Shown here: piece by piece, positions 29,070 to 37,395 of the stretch
How the letters are laid out: each line of letters begins with the position of its first letter
Position numbering within the stretch: position 1 is the first letter of the stretch
Assembly (NCBI GenBank): GCA_040752415.1
Contig: JBFMGU010000064.1
Span: forward strand, 1-45,054
DNA from: Myxococcota bacterium
Lineage (GTDB): Bacteria; Myxococcota; JACRCW01
Direction: 5' to 3'
DNA length: 45,054 bases
Translations under genes and position numbers: made by a program
Notes under the pieces: model-generated
Seen by the model: the letters and a program-made list of their open reading frames with translations, nothing else
What the model was told of the DNA's origin: nothing
The model's database searches: none

Positions 29070-29929
29070 GGCGTGAGCTTCCCTCTCGTCTCGGTGGTGA
29101 GGGAGACGGACGCCGCTGCACCGCCGTCCACGCTCGTCGCCACCTCGCGCGCCTCGGCCACGCTGCGACGGAACGTGATGGAGATCGGGTCGCTCCGGTC
29201 CTGCGTCAGCCACAGCAGCGGGCCGGACTCGATGACATGGCAACCATCGTCGAGAACCACGCAGCTCAGCAGCGCGCGCGTGGCCGGGTCGTTGCCGCCC
29301 ACCTGCAGGTCGATCTGGATGGACCGGGTGGGATCGCTCCCCGCCGCCCACTTCAGCGTCAGGGAATCATTCCCCACGGTGCCACCGCCGCTGAGGTCCG
29401 GGCTCTGCACCGCCACGCGCGTGGGCGGCGTGAGCGGAGAGAAGTCCACGCTGCCGAATCCTCCGTCGGCGCCGGTGACCCGCACGGTCACGGGGGAGCC
29501 ACCGAAGATGCCCGGCACCGGCCCATGGCTGAGAGGCCCGCCATCCACCGACGTCAACGTGAGCGGCCCCGACGACATCCCCTCCACGTCCACGCTGGTA
29601 ACGGGCAGGGCGAACCGCTCTCCCGACTGCGCGGGTTGCCCCGTGATGCCCACGCACGTGGCGGAGAGGCTCAGCGGGTTGGGGCGTTCGGTGCTGAAGT
29701 TGCGGACGTCGTAGAAGGACGCCCCCACGGTTCCCGTCACGGTGCCGCCGGTATCCAGCTGGTGCCGCTCCAGCAGGCGCACCGCGCCCACGTAGGCAAA
29801 GCTGGCCCCGCTCTCGTCGGTGGAGGCCACCTGCGGCTCCTGGACGCACGCCGGGTCCACCTCCGTGGGCTCCGGTTGCGTGCATCCCCACGCGCCGCAC
29901 GCCATGGCGGCAACCAGCCAGCGCTTCAT
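29066..29929 (-). CDS. Hypothetical lipoprotein
   Basis: MKRWLVAAMACGAWGC lipobox; ATGA-coupled to both neighbours. Confidence 0.7.
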   Translation of the reverse strand: MKRWLVAAMACGAWGCTQPEPTEVDPACVQEPQVASTDESGASFAYVGAVRLLERHQLDTGGTVTGTVGASFYDVRNFSTERPNPLSLSATCVGITGQPAQSGERFALPVTSVDVEGMSSGPLTLTSVDGGPLSHGPVPGIFGGSPVTVRVTGADGGFGSVDFSPLTPPTRVAVQSPDLSGGGTVGNDSLTLKWAAGSDPTRSIQIDLQVGGNDPATRALLSCVVLDDGCHVIESGPLLWLTQDRSDPISITFRRSVAEAREVATSVDGGAAASVSLTTETRGKLTP

Positions 29930-32019
29930 GGCGCCTCCGTCCTTTCACCCAGCAGCACGAAATCCCCGTCGGCCACGTTCAGCTCCGCCACGTCGGGCGC
30001 CTTGTGTCGTGGCGGGATGAACACCATGTCCACCGGCGCCACGCGGAACAGCCCCGGCCCCAGCGGCGAGGAGACCGGCGACTCCGCGTAGTAGATCAGG
30101 ATGCGGTTGAATCCTTCCGTCGTGGCCGCGCCCTGGAGGTTGCCCGCCAGCCGGTCCTGCTCGGAGCGCGGCGAGGTGTGTACCAGCGTGATGTTCCGGA
30201 CGCGCCAGTCCACGCACTCGCGCTCCGTCTCACGCACCTGCAGCGTCTCGAGGAGGTCGCGCGGCGGGAGCAGCTGGGAGATGACGCGCACCGTGATGCT
30301 GCGGTTCTCCAGCTCGCTGTCGGGTTTGCTGGTGGCGCTGTGCAATGTGTACTCGCCGTCGCGGTCAACCTTCACGGCGGGGCCCTGCTGCTGGTCGTTG
30401 TAGTCGCGCCAGGAGAGCGTGGTGTCGGCGCGGTTGAACTGCAGCACGGAGATGCCGGCGTACACGCGTGGGCTCACGCTCTTCACCGTCACGCCGCTCA
30501 CCGCTCGCGGCCGCTGGATGTCCATCAGCTTGCCAATGCCCTGGCTGATCACGCGGTAGAGGTAGCTCAGCTCACCGCGGGTCTTGGCGTCGTTGGAGCG
30601 CGCGTCGGTGTGTTGCTTGAGCTCCTCGCCGTTGCGCGTGCCGTCCTGGTCCACGTCGCCGGACACGTCGTTGTCCAGGTAGTTGGTCCCGCCCAGGAAC
30701 TCCACGCGGTCCGGGAAACCGTCGGCGTCGGAGTCAAACAGCGTGCTGTCCGTGCCCAGCAGGACCTCCTCGCAGTCATTGAGTCCGTCGCCATCGCGGT
30801 CGTGGTTCTTCTCGAGCCCGGTGCACGTCGTGGGTGCGTCCGCGCGCAGGGGATCCAGGCCCACGCTCCGCAGCACGTGCTCCAAGCGGTCACCAATGCC
30901 GTCGTCGTCGCTGTCCACGCGCAGCGGCTGGGTGCCCAGGGCGCGCTCCTCGTCGTCGGTGAGGCCGTCCGCGTCGCTGTCCGGCTTGAGCCCGTCCGGC
31001 GTGGCGCGCGCGTTCAGGTTCACCGCCACCAGGTTCTTCATCACGAACGTGTTGCGCGTGGCGTTGTATTCAAGCTGGCGGAACGAGAGCTCGCCGGGGC
31101 TCTGGAACGCCAGGTAGCTGCCACCACCCGCCGCGGCCATGCGCTGCAACACCGTCTGGGCCTGGCAGGTGTCCTCGGGGGCGTCGGTGCCGCAGCAGGG
31201 ACCGGCATTGGGGTCCGGCGGCGGGCTGGTGAAGAACTGCGCGGTGTGCACCGCCAGGTCCGCCGCGCCGTTGTCGACGACGAATTCACGCATCCGCCGC
31301 ACCTCGCGCTCGAAGTGGCAGCCCTGGTCGCAGTGCGCTTCCGGTCGACACGCCCGACCCGGATCCTCGTCCGCGTCGCACACCGGCGTGCAGTACAGCG
31401 TCTCCGGCTGGGGCGGCGGGCCGGCTGGGCCAGCGTCGGGACGGGAAACGGCGCCAGGGCCAATGCGCGGCCCCTCTGCGTAGAGGACGATCACGTAGCG
31501 CGTGCGCGCGCGCAGGCCGCGGTCGGAGACGAGCAGGTCGCCCGTGATGAGGTTCTCCGCGCGCTCCAGCGCCAGCTCGTAGCGACGTTCCTGGCACCGC
31601 GCCTGGTCCGTGGAGTTGCAGGGCAGGCCGGTGCGCTGCGCGGCGTTCTGCAGGACGCCCAGGTCACGCGTGAACTCGTCGGAGGTGAAGGAGATGGTCT
31701 CGCCGTTGTAGGCCACCACGGCAAAGCTGACCTCGTTGGCGCCGCTGTAGAGGTTGAAGACGTCGGAGAGCGCCTGGGAGCGGAAGCCGTTGATGAGGCT
31801 GTTGGTGGCGGTGGGGGCCCAGTTGCTGGTGTCGATGAGGAAGACGACCTTGACGGGGAAGCGCTGTTCCAGCGGGTTGTCGGAGCACACCGTGCCGGAG
31901 AGGGTGATCTTGTCCGGCAGCGAGGGGTCCGACTGCACGCCAAACAGGTCCGCGCGTGTGCAGGCCCAGGCGGCCGCGGTGGCCAACAGCAGGAGGGGGA
32001 GGGCTCGACGGAGTCTCAC
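29926..32019 (-). CDS. Third VWA/Ca-repeat lipoprotein (MtsB-like) with degenerate MIDAS
   Basis: Lipobox AWAC; FPVKVVFLIDTS, NLNAR and DSDADGLTDDEE motifs shared with 11952 and 13559 paralogs; GTG start 32019 inferred. Confidence 0.75.
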   Translation of the reverse strand: MRLRRALPLLLLATAAAWACTRADLFGVQSDPSLPDKITLSGTVCSDNPLEQRFPVKVVFLIDTSNWAPTATNSLINGFRSQALSDVFNLYSGANEVSFAVVAYNGETISFTSDEFTRDLGVLQNAAQRTGLPCNSTDQARCQERRYELALERAENLITGDLLVSDRGLRARTRYVIVLYAEGPRIGPGAVSRPDAGPAGPPPQPETLYCTPVCDADEDPGRACRPEAHCDQGCHFEREVRRMREFVVDNGAADLAVHTAQFFTSPPPDPNAGPCCGTDAPEDTCQAQTVLQRMAAAGGGSYLAFQSPGELSFRQLEYNATRNTFVMKNLVAVNLNARATPDGLKPDSDADGLTDDEERALGTQPLRVDSDDDGIGDRLEHVLRSVGLDPLRADAPTTCTGLEKNHDRDGDGLNDCEEVLLGTDSTLFDSDADGFPDRVEFLGGTNYLDNDVSGDVDQDGTRNGEELKQHTDARSNDAKTRGELSYLYRVISQGIGKLMDIQRPRAVSGVTVKSVSPRVYAGISVLQFNRADTTLSWRDYNDQQQGPAVKVDRDGEYTLHSATSKPDSELENRSITVRVISQLLPPRDLLETLQVRETERECVDWRVRNITLVHTSPRSEQDRLAGNLQGAATTEGFNRILIYYAESPVSSPLGPGLFRVAPVDMVFIPPRHKAPDVAELNVADGDFVLLGERTEAP

Positions 32020-32108
32020 GCCCGCCACACTACAATGAGCCCCCGGCCCGCCGTCAGCTCCCACCGGCGAGAAAGCGGAGGGGCCCCCAGGTTTGGTATG
32101 GGGTGGGC

Positions 32109-33032
32109 ATGGACCAACGACGCGCGCTCCTCATCCTCCTGGCGGCCTTTGGCGGGCTGTTTGCCCTGTTCCTCGTGGCGATGATGGTCGTGGTGGGCAG
32201 CGCCACCGGGAGCCCGGCCGTGGCGTTGCGGGGCAAGGCCAAGGTGGGCGTGGTGGAAGTCACCGACACCATCACGGACACCAAGGAGTTCACGGAAAAA
32301 CTGCGCCGCTTCGTGGACCAGCACGAAATCAAGGCCATCGTCGTCCGCATCGACTCGCCCGGCGGCAGCGTGGGGGCCAGCCAGGAGATGCGCGCCGAGA
32401 TCATCCGGGCGCGGGAGAAGAAGAAGGTGGTGGCCAGCCTGGGCAACGTGGCGGCCAGCGGCGGCTTCTACGCGGCGGTGGGCGCGGACAAGGTGGTGGC
32501 CAACCCCGGCACGCTCACGGGCTCCATTGGCGTCATCATGCAGCACCCCGTGGTGGCGGACCTGATGAAGGCCGCCAAGGTGGACATGCAGACCTACACC
32601 TCCGGCTCGCTGAAGGACTCCGGCAGCGCCTTCCGCCACCCCACGCCCATGGAGCAGACCTACCTGCAGGGCATCACCACGGAGATTCACCAGCAGTTCG
32701 TGGCCGCGGTGGCGGAGAGCAGGGGGCTGGAGAGGGAGAAGGTGATGACCGTGGCCGACGGGCGGGTCATCACCGGCCAGACCGCCAAGGAGCTAGGGCT
32801 GGTGGATGAGCTGGGGACGGTCTGGGACGCCGCGGTGCTGGCCCTGAAGCTGGCCGAGGTCCCCGGGGAGCCCGACCTGGTCTACCCGCCCAAGAAGGGG
32901 GGCTTCCTGGCGGAGCTGATGGAGGTGGGGGCCGCGGCCATGGTCAAGGCCTGGCGGGCGGAATCACCGCTGCAGGGGCTGGGCACCGCGTGGCCGGGCC
33001 TGGTGCTTCCCCGAGGCACGGACGTTCGGTAG
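32109..33032 (+). CDS. sppA: Signal peptide peptidase SppA (36K type, S49)
   Basis: N-terminal TM; RIDSPGGSV, AASGGFY, TGSIGV, ADGRVITGQTAKELGLVDELG. Confidence 0.95.
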   Translation: MDQRRALLILLAAFGGLFALFLVAMMVVVGSATGSPAVALRGKAKVGVVEVTDTITDTKEFTEKLRRFVDQHEIKAIVVRIDSPGGSVGASQEMRAEIIRAREKKKVVASLGNVAASGGFYAAVGADKVVANPGTLTGSIGVIMQHPVVADLMKAAKVDMQTYTSGSLKDSGSAFRHPTPMEQTYLQGITTEIHQQFVAAVAESRGLEREKVMTVADGRVITGQTAKELGLVDELGTVWDAAVLALKLAEVPGEPDLVYPPKKGGFLAELMEVGAAAMVKAWRAESPLQGLGTAWPGLVLPRGTDVR

Positions 33033-33143
33033 GAAACAGCCAAAAAACGTATGCAAGTCAGTTGCTTGAGGCCGCTTTGGTCTGCTAGCCACGGGGTCCC
33101 GCGCGGGGGGACCTTTGCTGGCGCGGGGGCACAGGAGCTGGCG

Positions 33144-33566
33144 GTGACCAAGAGCGAGCTGATTGAGGTGGTTGCTCGGAAGGCCCCCAAGGTCCCCAAG
33201 CGGGACGTGGAAATCATCGTCAACACGATGTTCGAGACCATGACGGATGCCCTGGCCCACCGCCAACGCATTGAAATCCGTGGGTTTGGGAGCTTTGTGG
33301 CCAAGGAGCGCCGGGCGCGCGACGGTCGGAACCCCCGGACCGGGGAAAAGGTCCCCGTGCCCCAGAAGCTGGTGCCCTTCTTCACGGTGGGCAAGGAGCT
33401 GCGGGAGCGGGTGAACATCAACGCGCACCTCCCCCTGCCGGTGGACACGGACGACGACGCCGACGACGGCCACGAGAACGGCGCGTCCCGGCCCGTGGCA
33501 GCGCCTGGCGTCAGTGCCCAGGAGTCCCCGGCGGCTGGCGGCGCGCCCGCGCTGGCCAAGGTCTGA
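33144..33566 (+). CDS. ihfB: Integration host factor beta subunit with C-terminal extension
   Basis: TKSELIE, RIEIRGFGSF, GRNPRTGEKV, PFFTVGKELRERVN; AGGAG RBS before GTG; follows sppA. Confidence 0.9.
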   Translation: MTKSELIEVVARKAPKVPKRDVEIIVNTMFETMTDALAHRQRIEIRGFGSFVAKERRARDGRNPRTGEKVPVPQKLVPFFTVGKELRERVNINAHLPLPVDTDDDADDGHENGASRPVAAPGVSAQESPAAGGAPALAKV

Positions 33567-33572
33567 TGCGTC

Positions 33573-34106
33573 GTGGAACGGCTCTGGGCGCCCTGGCGTC
33601 TGGCGTTCATTGAGGGCAAGGAGGGTCCGTCCGTGCCCGCCGACAAGACCGGCTGCATCTTCTGCGACTACCCGCGCCCCTTCACCTCCGCCCCCCCCAG
33701 CGAAGAGGAGCGTGAGCACCAGCGCGCCTGCCTGGTGGTGCACGGTCGGCAGCACGCCTTCGTCATCCTGAACAAGTACCCGTACAACAACGGGCACATC
33801 ATGGTGGTGCCGCGCGCGCACGTGGGCTCCCTGGATGCGCTGCCGCCGGACGCGTTCCTGGAGCTGCACGTGCTGCTCAAGGACGCCGCCAACGCCCTGA
33901 AGCAGGCCTACAAGCCGGACGGCATCAACATCGGGATGAACCTGGGTCGGGCGGCGGGCGCCGGCATCGCGGACCACATGCACTACCACCTCGTCCCGCG
34001 CTGGGTGGGCGACGCCAACTTCATGCCCATCCTCGGCGACACCAAGGTGCTCAGCGAGAGCCTCTGGGACACCTACGACCGCCTCCAGAAGGTCCTGGGC
34101 CCCTGA
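33573..34106 (+). CDS. HIT-family (FHIT-like) dinucleoside polyphosphate hydrolase
   Basis: LWAPWR, CIFC, LNKYPYNNGH, histidine triad HMHYHLVPRW. Confidence 0.93.
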   Translation: MERLWAPWRLAFIEGKEGPSVPADKTGCIFCDYPRPFTSAPPSEEEREHQRACLVVHGRQHAFVILNKYPYNNGHIMVVPRAHVGSLDALPPDAFLELHVLLKDAANALKQAYKPDGINIGMNLGRAAGAGIADHMHYHLVPRWVGDANFMPILGDTKVLSESLWDTYDRLQKVLGP

Positions 34107-34204
34107 CCGGGGTGTCGCCCGCGGCGTTCTCTAGCTCCCAAGGCGTTGGTAGGGCGGACGGGTTGCACGACGGAAGGCCCTGGGACCCGGCCTCTGGCAG
34201 CCAC

Positions 34205-34242
34205 GTCACGATTATCGTGACAAATGGAACGATAATCGTGAC
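34205..34242. repeat. Nested palindrome / 14 bp perfect inverted repeat
   Basis: gtcacgattatcgt-gacaaatgga-acgataatcgtgac; GTCACGATtATCGTGAC is itself a palindrome. Confidence 0.75.
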
Positions 34243-34354
34243 ATCCCCGCGGAGAGGCACCCGCCCCGCGGCGGCGCGGACCTTCCACGGCCACCTCTGC
34301 TGCGCCCTCACCAACGCCTTTGGGGCCACGCCGCGCGGCGCGTCGACGAGCGAA

Positions 34355-35107
34355 TCACCCCGGGTCCCGCTCCACGCGCACCACTTGGGAGACGTTGAGG
34401 CGCTCCAGGAGCGCGTCGGTGGCTCGGCGACACAGGTCCTGGTCGCGGCATTCCAACGTGACCCGCACGCGGTAATCCGCGGTCCCGCCCATCTGCGGGT
34501 AGCTCCCAATCTCCACGCCGCGGAACTCCGAGAGGACGGCCTCCAGCGCCGGCGCAATCTCCTCCTCGCGCTGGTGCGTGTAGATGCTGGCGAGCCTCAC
34601 GCGCACGCCCCGGAACCGCCCGTCCAACGACGCCAGCAGCCGCTCGAACAGCACCGGGATGCCTGGCAGCACGTACACGTTGCGGACCTGCACCACGGGT
34701 ACCCAGAGGCCGTCCGCGGCGTGTTGCAGGCATGGGTCGGGGAGGTCCGCCATGCGCAGGCCCACCTCGGTCAGCCGCTCGCCGTAGTGGTTGCGCATCA
34801 GGGCGGCCAGGGTCTCGTTGCGCTTCACCGGGAGGCCGAATGCCGCCGCCACGCCGCGGTAGGTCACGTCGTCATGCGTGGGGCCGATGCCGCCGCTGGT
34901 GAACACCGCGTGGGAACGCGCGCTCTCCTCCGCCACCACCGCGGCGATGATGTCCACCTCGTCGGGGATGACCTGGATGCGACGCAGATCCACACCCCGC
35001 TCCCGCAGCCAGCGCGCCAGGTGGTGGGCGTTGGAGTCGCGGACCTTGCCGGTGAGGATCTCGTTGCCAATGACCACACAGCTGGCGGTGGGGGCGGGCG
35101 GATTCAC
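34355..35107 (-). CDS. CinA-like molybdopterin-binding-domain protein (COG1058, no PncC domain)
   Basis: VIGNEILTGKVRDSN, TSGGIGPTHDDVT, VLPGIP, IGSYP; GGAGG RBS before GTG 35107. Confidence 0.9.
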   Translation of the reverse strand: MNPPAPTASCVVIGNEILTGKVRDSNAHHLARWLRERGVDLRRIQVIPDEVDIIAAVVAEESARSHAVFTSGGIGPTHDDVTYRGVAAAFGLPVKRNETLAALMRNHYGERLTEVGLRMADLPDPCLQHAADGLWVPVVQVRNVYVLPGIPVLFERLLASLDGRFRGVRVRLASIYTHQREEEIAPALEAVLSEFRGVEIGSYPQMGGTADYRVRVTLECRDQDLCRRATDALLERLNVSQVVRVERDPG

Positions 35108-35233
35108 GGGACCTCCAGTCTGTGGCACCGCTTCAGCCTAGCAAACTGCTGACGGGGGCTTCCCTCCACCATACCCTTGGGCCTATGAGGGCGTTCGTCG
35201 TGAGTACGGGCGTTTGAGCGCCGCGGGTGGACC

Positions 35234-36379
35234 ATGGGCAGCATTGCCGGTGACCTGGATGTGATGTCTCTGCCGGACGTCGTCATCTGGCTGGCCAACC
35301 GGCAGCGCAGCGGCAGGCTCACCATCCAGCGCGGCGGCGTCACCAAGCAGCTCTACATCGTCAACGGCGCCGTCACCCAGTCCAGCTCCGACGACCCGCG
35401 CGAGCGCCTGGGCCAGCACCTGGTCAACTACGGCTACGTCAGCGAGCAGCAGCTCCAGGTGGCGTTCCAGACGCAGGTGGAGACGGGCGTGCCGCTGGGG
35501 CGCGTGCTGGTGATGAGCGGCGTCCTGGACGACGAGCGCCTCATGCGCGTCCTCAACTTCAAGACGCGCGAGTGCCTGCTGGACGCGTTCGAGTGGGAGC
35601 AGGGCACCTTCGAGTTCAACGCGCAGGAGACACGGGACCCGGAGCTGGACGCACCCACCCCGACGTTGCTGGCGGAGATCCACAGCGAGGGCGTGTCGCG
35701 CCACACCATGTGGGAGGAGATCCGCAAGGTGCTGCCCGGCCCGCAGACGCAGCTCGACGTCAAGGAGCCCATCCCCTCCGGCCTCAACAACTTTGACCGT
35801 CGGATCCTGGAGTACGCGGCGGCGGGACGCAGCATTGGTGAGGTGGCGTTGGAGGTGCGCGCGCTGGACTTCCACGTCTTCGCGCGGCTCTACGACCTCG
35901 CGGGTCGCGGCCTGGTGAAGGCCCGCCCGCCAGGTGCGCCGCGGACGGTGCCCAGTCCCGTGGTGACCACGCCCTCGCAGCCGGCGGCGGTGGTGCCCGC
36001 GGCACGGGAAGAGCTGCTGATGCAACTGCGCCAGCGCCTCCAGGCCGGCCAGCATGACGACGCGTACCTCCTGGCCCAGCGCGTCCTGGAGCGCGACCCG
36101 AACAACGTGGAGGCGCTCAACGCCCTGCGCGCGGCCCAGGCTGCGGCGCACCGGCCCGGCGCTCCCTCCCGCACGCTCACGCCCGCGGCGGTCCCCCAGC
36201 TCACCGTCACGCGCGAGCACCTGGACGAGTACCTGCTGACCAGCAAGGAGCGTTACGTGCTCAGCCGCATCGACGGAAAGCGCAGCCTCCAGCAGATCAT
36301 GCAGGTGAGCCCCATCCAGGAGGCCGAGCTGCTGCGCATCGTGGAAGCGTTCGTGCAGCGGGGCTTCATCCGCGTCTGA
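35234..36379 (+). CDS. DUF4388 (PATAN-like) domain protein with TPR-like and C-terminal winged-helix-like segments
   Basis: IAGDLDVMSLPDVVIWLANRQRSGRLTI, RLGQHLV, WEQGTFEF; ERYVLSRIDGKRSL. Confidence 0.85.
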   Translation: MGSIAGDLDVMSLPDVVIWLANRQRSGRLTIQRGGVTKQLYIVNGAVTQSSSDDPRERLGQHLVNYGYVSEQQLQVAFQTQVETGVPLGRVLVMSGVLDDERLMRVLNFKTRECLLDAFEWEQGTFEFNAQETRDPELDAPTPTLLAEIHSEGVSRHTMWEEIRKVLPGPQTQLDVKEPIPSGLNNFDRRILEYAAAGRSIGEVALEVRALDFHVFARLYDLAGRGLVKARPPGAPRTVPSPVVTTPSQPAAVVPAAREELLMQLRQRLQAGQHDDAYLLAQRVLERDPNNVEALNALRAAQAAAHRPGAPSRTLTPAAVPQLTVTREHLDEYLLTSKERYVLSRIDGKRSLQQIMQVSPIQEAELLRIVEAFVQRGFIRV

Positions 36380-36385
36380 GCGTGC

Positions 36386-36880
36386 ATGATCCGCCAGGCG
36401 CAAACTGACGACGTGGAAGAGCTGGCGCGCGTGCATGTGCAGGCGTGGCGCGAGACCTATGTGGGCATGCTCCCGCAGGAGTACCTGGACGGGCTGAGCG
36501 TGGAACGACGTCGTGCCACGTGGAGCGAGGTGCTGGAGCGGTCCCTGGCGCGGGTCTGGGTGGTGGAGGAGCAGGGCAGGCTGGTGGGGCTGTGCGCCGC
36601 GGGCCCCAACCGCGCGCCGCCGGAGAGCCATCCCGGGGAGGTGGGGGCCATCTACCTGCTGCGTCGGGCCCGGGGACGGGGGCTGGGGCGCGAACTGATG
36701 GCGGGGGCCCTGGCGTGGCTGCGCGCGGAGCGGCTGATGCCCACGCTGTGCTGGGTGCTGCGGGAGAACACGGCGGCGCGGGGCTTCTACCAGGCCGTGG
36801 GCGGACGCCTCCTCGCCGAGCGGGAAGAGAGCGTGGGCGGGGCGCCGTGTGTCGAGGTGGCGTACGGCTGGGAGCGTTAG
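36386..36880 (+). CDS. GNAT N-acetyltransferase
   Basis: HVQAWRETY, EVGAIYLL, RGRGLGRELM acetyl-CoA motif, NTAARGFY. Confidence 0.92.
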   Translation: MIRQAQTDDVEELARVHVQAWRETYVGMLPQEYLDGLSVERRRATWSEVLERSLARVWVVEEQGRLVGLCAAGPNRAPPESHPGEVGAIYLLRRARGRGLGRELMAGALAWLRAERLMPTLCWVLRENTAARGFYQAVGGRLLAEREESVGGAPCVEVAYGWER

Positions 36881-36904
36881 CGGCCACGACCCCGCACAAG
36901 ACGG

Positions 36905-36933
36905 TTGACGCCGCGGGCGAGAACCCCTAGAAA
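36905..36933 (+). promoter_or_regulatory. Sigma70-type promoter for tRNA-Thr
   Basis: TTGACG-17 nt-TAGAAA followed by a GC-rich discriminator just upstream of the tRNA. Confidence 0.65.
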
Positions 36934-36946
36934 CCCGCCCCCTCAC

Positions 36947-37022
<76 letters not shown>

Positions 37023-37065
37023 GAGACCCCCGTCGCTTCGTTCGTGGCGTCGGGGGTTTCTTTTT
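37023..37065 (+). terminator. Intrinsic terminator after tRNA-Thr
   Basis: gagacccccg...cgggggtttc stem followed by TTTTT. Confidence 0.75.
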
Positions 37066-37072
37066 ACCCGGT

Positions 37073-37324
37073 CTACGGCTGGCCTCGACGCGGCGGCGCA
37101 TCCGGCACGCCATGCAGCGCCCGCACGGCCAGGTTGAAGCCGATGTAGCCCACCCACAACGCCGCCAGCGTGACGGCAACGGCTGAGGCGTAGTCACCAG
37201 GACGGGGTGCAGGCAGGTGCGGGTTCTTGCGCAGCAGCGGCGACCACACCGCGAGCGAGACGGCCACCGCCGGCACCAGTGCCACGAAGAAGCCCGCGAG
37301 GAAGCGCCACACCCTGCCCAGCAT
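37073..37324 (-). CDS. Small two-TM membrane protein
   Basis: MLGRVWRFLAGFFVALVPAVAVSLAVW and AVAVTLAALWVGYIGFNLAV hydrophobic segments. Confidence 0.55.
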   Translation of the reverse strand: MLGRVWRFLAGFFVALVPAVAVSLAVWSPLLRKNPHLPAPRPGDYASAVAVTLAALWVGYIGFNLAVRALHGVPDAPPRRGQP

Positions 37325-37395
37325 GCATCCCCATCCTGGCGGACCGGTGGATGTTCTCCGCACGCCGGCGCGCTTGGGCACTATACTCCCCGGCC

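Noticed and set aside
34240..34350. Minus-strand peptide ALVRAQQRWPWKVRA as a RAYT transposase remnant
   Set aside because: Only a WPW resemblance; no HUH or NP motif and no independent ORF support
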